Shown here: piece after piece, positions 39,390 through 50,445 of the stretch | Numbering within the stretch: the stretch's first letter is position 1 | Layout: every line of letters starts with the position of its first letter | Assembly: GCA_013265495.1 (NCBI GenBank) | Contig: MU058781.1 | Location: 5,769,050 to 5,833,049, forward strand | Direction: 5' to 3' | From: Vicugna vicugna | Taxonomy: Eukaryota | DNA length: 64,000 bases | The notes under the pieces: generated by a model | Told to the model about the DNA's origin: nothing | The model's input: only the letters and a program-made list of their open reading frames with translations | Databases searched by the model: none | Made by a program: the position numbers and the translations under genes

Positions 39390-40299
39390 TTTGAGTGCTT
39401 GGGTGGGTTGGGTTGGGGAGAGGAGATAAATGAAATAAACTGGGCTTATGGAAGAAAGGAAAAGGATTTGAGTAAAACATATGGTACAACTTCGAGCCCT
39501 CGAATAAAGCAGTTGACAAGGGAGGGATAAAACAGAGAAAAAAAAGAGTCCCCCTCCATGATAGTAAATCCAAAGCCAAAAATGTAGCCTTTACCAAACT
39601 CATGTTGAAGGTCAAAGGAGATAAAATAAATCTCTAAGTGGATTTCATCATTTAAGAGACCACTAAAAGCACCCAGGAATGGAAGGAGGAAGGTAAGAGG
39701 AACCACAATCCCACAGACAAGCTGAGTGGAAGGGCAGAACACTAAAGAGGCCCAGAAGGGACAAGTGAGGAGACGATTTTGATCTAGAACTTAAATCTGT
39801 TCAAAGTTAACGAAGTGAAGTTAATTGTGCTTATGCACAGAAGGGAGAATTAATTATGTAACTCGTCTCACTCTCTAACATGAACGATGGTGGATAAGAT
39901 GAGGACAGGGATGCAGTTGGTCAAAGTGAGAGTAAGGGAAACGTGTTCTGGTGAAGCCACCACCTCAGTTCTTCCTTTTGGGTGATGGTTAAAAAAAGCC
40001 GAAGTACCACCCACTCTCCTGCCTACCATGTTTACATAGTCAGAGAGTAAAACACATCCATTTCACGTGTTAAGTGCAGACTGTCAATAACATGCATTAT
40101 TTCGATTACCTAAATTGGGAGCTCAGTAACTGCACGGTTTTCCCCGGCCCTGACAATTGTGCATTTATACTTGTCTTCTCTCGGCACCTTCTTCACTTCC
40201 CAATCTGGTCCTGCCCTCCATAATCACACCCTCACTGCCAGTCCCTGACTACTCTCTGATTCTTTCTGCCTGTGCCTTCCAGATCAACAGGTCTTCCTC

Positions 40300-40555
40300 C
40301 ACTGGTTTCTCCAGTCTCTCATTTCAGATGCACTCTGAGTCTTCTTTAGGAATGGCCCACTCGTGGAACAGCTCCGCCGATCACCCAAACCAGATTAAGA
40401 TGCTGTTGACTGTATCCCCCTTAGAAATGTAAACTCTATCCGGGCAGGCCCCATGTCTGTCGTGTTCCATTCCACACCTCCAGTGCCTGGAAGCAAACAG
40501 TGTGCTAGCACACAGGAGCCCCCAAGAGCTATTTGCTGAATGAATAAATGAGGGT
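40300..40555 (+). mobile_element. L2 3' end
   Basis: ttagaaatgtaaactctatccgggcagg...ccagtgcctgg...tatttgctgaatgaataaatga. Confidence 0.7.
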
Positions 40556-42084
40556 AAATGACTAAATGAGATCAGAATTTAAAGACATCATCACAGTTTC
40601 TTCCAGTTCAAAAGCTGTGCTTTCAGCCGGTACTGGCAAAGCCCGAAGGTACCCCAAAGACCCCGTGGGACTCAGTAAATTGAGTTTTCAACAGTGATTT
40701 GGCCTGGTCTTGCAGAGAAGTTTCCCACATGATTGCAAAAATGGTTTCATTATGGAGACAACACCAAACTGCTGTTAAATACAGTTAAATATTCCCCCGT
40801 CTTCTCCCTCCCTAGAGAAATTCATCTTGGTGCCCTTGCTAATCAACATGTCTACATTTCTCCTCACCAGCCAGCGATGCACAGCAAGAGACTCGTTTCT
40901 TCCTCTCTCTTCGAGTAGAGGAGGAATCCCAACACCAAGTGCCCCATATGGTAGAGTTATCACCATCCACACGACCGCGACCCAACGCCTTTCTACCTCC
41001 ACTCACTGGAGGCTGGCAGGACCGATGCACTCTTTCCCTGACCTCCATTTGCTGATACATTTCTTGACCCCCCTCCTCCCTTGATGAACTTATTAATTCT
41101 GTTGAAATAGCATATGAACGGCATACAGGCAAATTTTACTTTCTTACTCATCCCTGTAATCATTTCGAGGAGGATAATTTATGGCCCATTAAAGAGGAAT
41201 TCTTAAGCTAAACTATCTTAATTAGGAATTCAGATGTTCCTCTTTTACTGAAAAAAGCAGAGAGCTGTTCAAATTAGACTGGAAATTTGGGCCAAAACAA
41301 ATGTACATCCACAGAGTTGCAGAGCCTCCAGTGAAAAGCACCGGCCGAGGCCAAACAAGTCACCATGGGCTTGTCTCCTTCACGCCAGACCAAGCTCAGA
41401 TTTTTTTCTCCTTCTACATTTCAAGTTTATGATGTGGCTCAAGGCTCGAGGGACTCACACTCCCAGGGTTTTCCCTTTTGGGCTTTTGCAGGATAAAGTA
41501 TACATTTCCTAAGAGATGGAGATCTCTGATTCTACCTTCTCGTGAGTTTATTTAAAGAAAGGAAGCTACTTTAGCACTGGGGGAATGAGAGGAGCCCGCA
41601 GGGCAGCTCAGACGTGGAGCTGGACGATTAGAGGTTCAGTGCGGCTCCGAGAGGCCAGGAAGCCTGCCTGCCCCAAGGTACTCGCTGTATCTCAGGAGCA
41701 AGGCAGCCGAGGGTTGGGATGTGGTTCTGCACTTGCACAAGGGCTGCTCCGAGGGGCCCGCTGGCCAGGTGTCACAGACAGCTTTGACTTCAGAGCTCTC
41801 TGACTTGCAGACTTCTGTCAGTCAGTTTCTCCAGAACTGGGGTTACTCCATTCATTCTAATTATAGACATTCAGAAATACAGTATACCTTTTTTAGGGGG
41901 GAGGGGGGGAATCCCAGAGGAAAAGGAAAAGAAAGAGGGGGAAGGGAAAACATTAATTTTACAGGATTAGGATTACACTATGGTTAGTGTCATACTTTGC
42001 CTTTTTTTTTACTTTGACCATGACCATTTTTTCATACCGTTAAATATTCTCTTGAAATAGGACTTTTTAATGATTTCACAAATA

Positions 42085-42232
42085 GCTGCTTGCAACAACA
42101 CCCTATGAGATAGGTACTAGTACGATCTAAATGTTATAAACTTAGACATGGAGCTGTAAAGTAACTTGCCCAAGGTCACACCCCAAGAAAACAGCAGAGC
42201 TGGCATTTAAGCCCAGGCAGCCCGGAGCCCGC
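42085..42232 (-). mobile_element. MIR SINE
   Basis: caacaacaccctatgagataggtacta...aagtaacttgcccaaggtcacac...gcagagctggcatttaagcccaggcag. Confidence 0.75.
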
Positions 42233-42744
42233 AGTCCGACTGACAGGGATCCCCAGCCTCTGAATCACATGGTGTTACCATAATTATGTTGCAGCAGACT
42301 CCCCATATGGATGTGAATACACACACACACATATCTATGTGAACTTATACATACACACATCTGTATGTGTGTATACATACCCATACACACACACATACGT
42401 ACTTTAACTAAGGAACAGTACAACTTTAGATCCATTAATGATGGCTGTTTATTAAATACCTTTTAATTCTTAGTGAAAAATTTAAAAAAAAACTGTTTTC
42501 CATTGAAAAAGCATTGCTAACCAGTGATCTCACAGTTGTCTAAAAATACCTAGCCAAAAAAAGGGAAAAACTTAAAATTCCCAAGGACCTTTCCACACCT
42601 TCTTGATTTAGTATTATTTCTCAAATGTCAATTACTAGTAAGTTTCAAGCATGCTACTGGTCTACAGGAGAAAGATTCTTCAAAACAGTATGATTTATAA
42701 ATAAATGTCTCCCTTTCACCATCCTCCTCCCCCCACCAAAAAAT

Positions 42745-43260
42745 AACACATGGAGACACCATTTCTCATCATCAACTGGCAAAGACTCTTTTTGTTTTCA
42801 AAATTCTCAGCACTGGCAAAACTGTATGGAAGTAGGTCTCTCACACACTGCGCCTCTGGAAATATAAACGGGTATGACTTTATTGGAAAGTAATTTGGCA
42901 ACAAGTATCAAGAGTCTTAAAACTTGAAAACTCTTAGCAATTTACTGCTGAGGAAGTATCCCAAGGAAGCCACTAATAATGGCAATTCACATGAAGCCAT
43001 GAGAACATTCTTGGCAGCATAAAAGCAAAGAAATTAGAAACAACTGAGATGTCCAACTAGAGTCATAAAAGCAAAGAAATTAGAAACAACTGAGATGTCC
43101 AACCAGAGGGGATCAATTTGGGTACATATTCAATGGTATACTATGAAACTGCTAAAAATCATGTTGTAGATAAATAGCAGTTGCTATGGAAGACGTTCAT
43201 TATTGCATTGTTAAGAGGAACAAAAAGGCTAAGTGATAGCATATACTGTATTGTTCCCTA
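42745..43260 (+). mobile_element. L1ME-like 3' fragment containing a 46-bp tandem duplication
   Basis: tggaaagtaatttggcaac, ttagaaacaactgagatgtccaac, caatggtatactatg. Confidence 0.65.
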
Positions 43261-43579
43261 TGACCATCTGATGTCAGTCTCTCTAGCTGAATTTCTAAAC
43301 ACAATCATTGGAGTTACCCCTTTCTTATCAATGCTGTGTCACCATCCTCATCAGTGATCTCAAAATAAACAGAAGTTACTTTCTTTCCCACAAGAAAACA
43401 AGGGTTCTGCTTTTATAAAGAGGAAGAGTAAACAGATGGAGAACGTAAGAATCTATAGATGTATGTTTATGTTTTGTGAATGTGTGTATGAGAACAGATA
43501 TGTATACATCCCTACCACTATCTTGAATTTTACAATTAAGTAATAGTTATTTTTGGTTAAAGATTTCGGAGACACTTAC

Positions 43580-43709
43580 CTGTACCACGTGCTTTCATCA
43601 CAATGGAGAATCAGAAGCAGTCAGGTCCTTCCCAGCAGATCTTTTCACACAGATTTTGCTTGAGCAGAAAAGGGTGGCAGTAGAGAAACTCAGTGTAAAA
43701 TGCCTAGAC
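43580..43709 (-). other. ATXN1: ATXN1 5'UTR non-coding exon (orthologue of human exon 4), 130 nt
   Basis: Minus strand reads gtttttataattacag|GTCTAGGCATTTTACACTGAG...CCATTGTGATGAAAGCACGTGGTACAG|gtaagt, with canonical acceptor and donor and stops in all three frames. Closely resembles my recollection of the human ATXN1 5'UTR (GTCTAGGCGTTTTACACTGAG...ATGAAAGCACATGGTACAG). Confidence 0.88.
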
Positions 43710-43825
43710 CTGTAATTATAAAAACAATATTCCCACTGAGTTAGGCAGTTTTCTGTGGTCTTCATTCACAGTAGCTGAATTCTCAGAAAAGAGAAACATA
43801 TTTGCATAATCTCTCCCCCGCCCCA

Positions 43826-43827
<2 letters not shown>

Positions 43828-43883
<56 letters not shown>
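43828..43883. repeat. Perfect (CA)28 microsatellite
   Basis: Directly visible, about 118 nt from the ATXN1 exon acceptor. Confidence 0.97.
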
Positions 43884-43885
<2 letters not shown>

Positions 43886-44983
43886 GTCAAAAAACTCAGC
43901 AAGCAGACACAGCTGAGGATGGGAGGGCTCTGCCCCAGGGCTGCTTCCCATCCCGTCCCCTGACCTTAGGGACGACATCATCAAAATAATCTTGTTCCTT
44001 CCCCTCCTTCTCTGTCTAACGATTCCCAAACTTCAGAGAAATGAAAAACAATTGTTTCTTCCCCAGAAAATGTCAGCAACATGGCTGAATCTGCTCCTCT
44101 CTAAGATTCCTCCCAGCCACAGAGGTAAGCCAGTTCAGCACATGTGTTTACCAAAACAGCCTGACTTTCACTTTCAAAACTCTACATGCCTTTCTGTGGA
44201 TGACTCAGGTAAAGCACGGTATCAGGGATATTCAAACTCATCACAGACGTTGACTGAACACTGATTGTGTTCCTGGCACTGTGTGACCGACCGCTTTACA
44301 CACAATACCCCACTCCATTGCGCCCTGTGAGGTAGCTGGTCATTATTATCTCTGTTATTGACAAGAAACTGAGCGTTTGTATGGCTAGCAGATGGTAAAG
44401 GCGGTATTTAAGCCACTGTCTTTCACAGAGGCTGTGCTCATAATTTCAGTGCTATGCCATCTCTCCAAAGTTGATTTGATTATCAATACTCATACTTACG
44501 ATAAAAAGTTAAGTATTAAATCAACATCACTCTATTTCTCTCCAGAGTTGACATGTCACCTAAGTTTTAGCATGACTAACCTTTTTTTGGATTTGACTGT
44601 CCCTTGATTTTAGTTCTCAAGCTAAACTGAAATCAACATGTTCATATTTCCATCAGCAGTAAATTTATAGGTATTTCAGTAAATTAAAAATGCTGATTAA
44701 TCCCAAATCCAGATGCCAAACCACTAAGAAAAAACCTAAAAATCCAAGTCTGACCCAAATGGCTAAATTTTATTAGAAAGAAGGTAGATAACATAATCAA
44801 GAGCCGTAAGTGAATCTCTAACTTAAAATATGGAAGTAAAGAGAGGAATTTCTCTATATTATATGTCTATGGTGTAAAAAAATATTTAAACATTTTAATC
44901 TTTTTAGAAATTGTTCCTACTATAGGTCTTAGAATGACTGCAACACAAAAACAGATATGAGAATATCAAGAAACCAACAAGTT

Positions 44984-45120
44984 GAGGGAGGGTATAGCTT
45001 AGTGGTTGAGAGCGTGCTTCACATGCACAAGGTCCTGGGTTCAATCCCCAGTACCTCCCTTAAAAATAATTAAGTAAATAAACCTAATTACCTCCCCTCT
45101 GAAAAAAAAACTTTAAAAAA
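44984..45120 (+). mobile_element. Camelid tRNA-derived SINE (Vic-1 type)
   Basis: gagggtatagcttagtggt (A box)...ggtcctgggttcaatcccc (B box) agtacctcc...aaacctaattacctcccc + A tail; degenerate TSD (aaccaacaagtt / atccaacagaagtt). Confidence 0.85.
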
Positions 45121-45499
45121 AGGGATCCAACAGAAGTTATTTATGGGTCACATATTAATTTCCTTTTTGTACCTGTGTGCATGTGTAGTTATTTATTTGC
45201 ACCATTTCGGTTATGCTCCTGTGCCTTTGAACATACCACTCCTTCTGATTAGCATGCCTTTGCCCTCCCTGCCGTCTAGAAAATGCCTACTCATTGAGAC
45301 CAACTTCCAGTCTCAATTCCTTTTGATGTCTTCCTCCACCTCCCCTGGAGTTTTCTGGAAATCCAAGCAGAGTGGACCTTCCTCTTCCTATGTTTCCCTA
45401 GCTCAGCAGTGGTACCGACAACATTCTGACAACTTCCTTTTCTAAATTATGTCCCATACCCAACCACTGGGCCACTGATTCTGCCACCAGAACACTACC

Positions 45500-46262
45500 C
45501 TCTCCTACCACCTCCTCCCCTCCAGGCCGCCCACCATCACAACTCATCAGACTATTACGCTGGCCTCTCAGTTGGTCTCCCTGCTTCTGCTTCCACCCCT
45601 GCCACCTTCCAGCCCGTTCTCCCACAGCCCATCCTTAGCTCCTGCCTGAAGCACTGCAGTGGTTTTCCAGTGAGAAGAGGAGGGAAGAAGGCGAGAAGGA
45701 CATCTCTTATCATAACTGAACGAGTGTTTGTTGAGTTAATTTGCTGATGACTTTTCAACACACAGAGCATAAGGTCTGCCCTCCTTAAAACAGCAGGCCA
45801 TGCTCCTTGTGATCTGACCCCAGCCAGCCGTGACCCTCCTCCAGCTGCACTTAATGCTCACCCCCTCTGAATCCCTGTAGCCCCCTGACCAAGCCTCCTT
45901 CACTCCGGCCCATGTCCACACCCCATCTATTCCATTCCCTCTGCACTCTCCCCTCTGATCATCTTCCCAAACTAAGACTCATTCCTCAAGTCTTCTGTGA
46001 AGGCCTCTCTAATACCTTCCAGGAAGCTGAGGTCCTCCCTTCCCATTTTTCTACAACACTCTGTACCTACCCCTATGAATGCAATTATCATATTTTCTTG
46101 TACTTGTGTCTTAGGCAAGTCCATCTCTCCCAGTACATCAAACATCTTAAGCCCCTTAAAGGCAGGAGCAGGGTGGGTATTACCTCATCACCCTATCCCC
46201 ACAGTTTAACACAGAAGCCTAGCACATATATAGTCAATAAATAAATATTAGTTGAATGAACA
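45500..46262 (+). mobile_element. L2 remnant with 3' terminus
   Basis: ggtctccctgcttc, gcataaggtc, aagccccttaaaggcagg, gcctagcacatatatagtcaataaataaatattagttgaatgaa. Confidence 0.7.
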
Positions 46263-47050
46263 AAAGAAGACTTATATGCATATATGAAGTATGTGTAAAG
46301 CTCCCAAGTTCTGTATTTAAGATATATTATTAATATAGTATATTTAAATTATTATTAAATGTTGTGAGACATAATAGTTACAAATTCATCTGTTAAACGG
46401 GCATCACTACACCCACCTCACATAGTAGTCGGGAAAATTAAATACTAGCTACAAGTGAAATGTTTAGCACAGAGCTCAGCATACTGGACGCACTCTAAAA
46501 ACAGGGCAACCAAGTGAATTTATAATTCACACTTCAAATTTAACAGTTTTATTCACCAACATTTTTTTCCATTAAAATATTAATTAGCATTCACATCTCT
46601 GTAAGGCCATAAGAGAAGTCATCAGAGAGGCCCTCAGCAAACTGAGGATAAAGGAGAGTTTTATTCACTGCAGCTGAAGGCCAAATTGTTGTTTCAGTAA
46701 CCTGTAATGTATGTGTAGAGGCGCAGACGTTTCAAGAGAAAAGAAGTATTTCCGTCCAAAGTTTATCTATAAAATCTAAATGGCAGAAACAACAAATATT
46801 ATCATTCAAGCACTATAAATATTGCTGAAATAATTAGAAACGCTTACTGCAAATTATTTCTTTTCCTAAAAAAAGGCAAAATAGTGACGCATATTCATCC
46901 ATTTCTTTTAATTACTGGACAGACTTTATAAATATTATGTATTTGTCTAATGAACATGCCATAAGACGTTCGAATTAATAGCACACACGTTCCACGTGTT
47001 GTCTATTCGATGCTATTCTGAGTTAGAATTGCTAAAATTTAATGAAATAG

Positions 47051-47169
47051 GGGGAAGAGTATAGCTCAAGTGGTAGACTGCATGCTCAGCATGCAAGAGG
47101 TCCTGGGTTCAATCCCTAGTACCTCCTCCAAGTGGAAATCCATGAAGAAACCTAATTACCTGTCAGAAA
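47051..47169 (+). mobile_element. Camelid tRNA-derived SINE (Vic-1 type) with perfect 17-bp TSD
   Basis: gagtatagctcaagtggtaga...ggtcctgggttcaatccc; TSD aaaatttaatgaaatag at 47034-47050 and 47170-47186. Confidence 0.9.
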
Positions 47170-49224
47170 AAAATTTAATGAAATAGACTATGCAAAGAGG
47201 TGGAAAAGAAGAAAGACAATTTTGCAACAGGTTTTTCGGGAAAAAATAATGTAGGAATGAATTGTTTACAAGTGCTACCAGTACACAGTGGAGCAGAATG
47301 TACGGGTAACAGCTTAGTCTGAAAAGCAAACTTGTAATTTAGTTTTATATTGCTCCTTCTGTGGTATATGGCTCAATTTAAATAACAAATATTACAGTAC
47401 TTTATAGACTGTGCACTATGGAAATGTAAGGTCCTATCATTGCATTTTGAGATTTCTATTCTCAACTCATCTTTATCTCTGTGATAAATGATAAAACGAG
47501 ACAGATTTTTATTTGGGACTTAACACCATTTTCTGAGAAGTACGAGAGTTACAGAGGGGAAATATTATAAAAATGCTAAATTCTTAATTGTATTTCCACT
47601 AGGGTTTTGAACTACTTTTAAACTGAATTAGAATTCTATCATTGGCCACACCTCTTAGCCAGATTAACATAATGCAAACATATTGTTCTTTGCAATATAA
47701 TTAAGATGAAAAGGTAGGGCAAACAAATTTAGCCAAAAAAGTCTTAATTTATTTAGATATTTTTATCTGAATTTCCTAGTCATTTCATTACCATGATGTT
47801 TGTGTCATAATATCCAATGAAACTTTAGAAATTTACAGGGCAAAATGCCATTTTTTTTACGTTGGTCCCTCAATTGGGAATGCCCTTCTTACTCACTCAA
47901 ATGTTACCCTTCCTTTCAGATTCAGCTCAGATGTCACCTCCTCTGTGACAGGCTTCCACATCTATTGTATTTGTCCTGTCATGTAATGAATGATCTGTTT
48001 CCCTCTCTAGACGGTGAGATACTGAGAGTCATTTTTCATAACAACCTGAACAGTCCTTTGCACGTAAATATGCTCAGCAAATACTGGTCCAACGTGTCAA
48101 TGAACACACATGCTTTGATACTCTTAAGACTTACACTGAAAATGTCACTAATCGTGATCTGAAGTTAAAGGTCAAATTAAAAAAAAAAAAATTCCATTTT
48201 TAGTGAAATGAAACTCTTAGCATTTTCACTTCCAGATGCATCAGCGTTACATAAAAGATGTCGAAACTATTTTAGTAAATAGACATTCTGCACATTTTCC
48301 TGTCTGAGAATTCTTCTGAAAAAGACCAAGCGACCCAGGGGCCCCTGGGTGTTCTCAGGACAAACGCTCAGTTAGGCATTGACTCCCCACACTCATTTAA
48401 TGGAAATTGAGAGTAAGACTCAGCCTCCACCACCCCAGCATGGCACACGTCACTCTCTTCAGTTGCTTAAGAATCAGCTGATGATTCCTTGGAGAGGTCT
48501 GCCCTCCGCTCCCACGAGCTCCCAGGACCGGCCGGCCCTTCCACGATGATGCATCTCAGCGGGAGAGAACTTCGCTCCTTGGAGAAACACCACACCAGTC
48601 CCGGCGTCCACTTCCCACTTGCATCGTCATTCTTATTCCCACATGGACCAATTTCTCACATACCCGCTTTTAATTTTTCAAGACTGAGCCTTGGAGCCTG
48701 TGACAATTTGCCTGGCTGTGTAACCTGGGACATCATCACACAAATGCCAAATCCTGCCTCCCTCAAAGGGCTAGGTTCTGCTCAGAAGAGAACAGTGGGT
48801 AGAGAAGGAACAAGTTCCTCACAGTATGCTATCCAGGCTGATCGTCCTCATTTGGAACTATTCATCACTGTCAGGACAAGAAATAATGGATTTTCCAAGA
48901 GATCATGCCAAGCCTCGATGGGCTCTCCTTTCTCCTTCCCCCAAGACCTTCCAGGCATTCCGTAGGAAGAGGAGTACAGAGGGCTTCTGTGTCTCCTGCT
49001 TGATTCCACTGAGGGGTTACTGTCAGCCTCGCCTCTATCTTCAGCCACCCAAACGACCCCAGGGCTCTCCCTGCTGTACCACATCTTCTAAGCACTTCTC
49101 TGTGATGTCATGACACTGGGGACCATGAAAAGGGACTATGATATGAAATTGGTAAAACATGGGCGCACCAAAGGGAAAAGCCTGGTTTACGTTATCACCT
49201 TAAATCATTTGCATTTTACAAGTG

Positions 49225-49492
49225 TAATAATGTACACCGTGCTGACTACAGCAAACATTGCTGTATGACATAGATGAAGGTTGTTAAGAGAGTAAATCCT
49301 GAGAGTTCTCATCACAAGGAAAAAGATCATTTTTTTCTCCTTTTCTTTTTTGCATCTGTATGACATGCTGGATGTTAACTAAACTTATTGTGGTAATCAT
49401 TTCACAGCCTACGTAAGTCAAATCATTATGCTGTACACCCTAAACTTATATAGTGCTGGATGTCAACTATATCTCAATAAAACTGGAAAAAA
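49225..49492 (+). mobile_element. L1MA9-like L1 3' end
   Basis: gttgttaagagagtaaatcctgagagttctcatcacaagg...tgtggtaatcatttcac...gtcaactatatctcaataaaactggaaaaa. Confidence 0.8.
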
Positions 49493-49509
49493 TGTTCAAT
49501 CCAAAAAAT

Positions 49510-50445
49510 TTTATTTGTATTATGCAAAATTTGAAACCTACCAAAGAATGCATGCAACATGTATATAACCTTGAAGCACAACAATAAAATGAACACCCAT
49601 AAATCTACCATCTTTCATTTAAGACATTACCAATATTGACGTATCTACCTAACTTTCTACTTCCCTAAGCTCTCCCCCACCTCTTCTCCAGAGGTAAACA
49701 TAGTCCTGAATTTTGTATGTATCATTCCCTACATCGCTTAATTTTGCTTGATTTTGAACTTTACAAATAATTCTTTCTAATTGTATGTAGTGTTCTGTGG
49801 CTAGTTTTTTTTTTCCCCACACAATATTGCTTCTAACATTTAACTACGTTGTTGCCAGCAGCTGTAGTTAATTCATTTTCATTGCTGCATAATAGTTCCT
49901 TGTGTGAAAATTTTAGTGTTCTTCTACTAATGGGCTTTTTTTTTAAACATTTTTTAATTGCATTATAGTCATTTTTCAATGTTGTTTCAAATTCCAGTGT
50001 AGTGCACAATTTTTCAGTTATACGTGAACATATGTATATTCATTGTCACATTTTTTTCGCTGTGAGCTACCATAAGATCTTGTATATATTTCCCTGTGCT
50101 ATACAGTACAATCTTGTTTATCTAGTCTACGTTTTGAAATCCTGGTCTGTCCCTTCCCACCCCCTGCCCCCTTGGCAACCACAAGTTTGTTTTCTATCTC
50201 TATGAGTCTGTTTCTGTTTTGTATTTATGTTTTGGGTTTTTTTTAGAGGATTTTTTTTTAATTTGCGTTTATAGTGTTATTTATATTAACTTATTTTTAC
50301 TAGAAACAATACACGTAAGCAAAGTTTCTCTAGGGTACCGCCTAGGGATGGACTGACTGGTTCATAGGGGATTGCATAATACTGCCAAAGTATCTCCCAA
50401 AAGGGCTGTGCCAATCTATACTCTGACCAGCAGTGCACCCCATCA
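49510..50445 (-). mobile_element. Old L1ME-like fragment (host of the 49936-50246 insertion)
   Basis: tcctgaattttgt, gctgtagttaattcattttcattgctgcataatagttcc, tttctctagggta, actgccaaagtatctcccaaaagggctgtgccaat. Confidence 0.65.
49936..50246 (-). mobile_element. Young camelid-type L1 3' end
   Basis: T tract then cattttttaattgcattatagtc...ttccctgtgctatacagtacaatcttg...ggcaaccacaagtttgttttctatctctatgagtctgtttctg. Confidence 0.85.

Noticed and set aside
44984..45060. tRNA-Ala-like sequence (also at 47051)
   Set aside because: Followed by the SINE body and A tail and flanked by TSDs; a SINE head, not a tRNA gene
48333..48350. Perfect 18-bp palindrome ACCCAGGGGCCCCTGGGT
   Set aside because: About 0.24 such palindromes are expected by chance in 64 kb (64000/4^9); no supporting context
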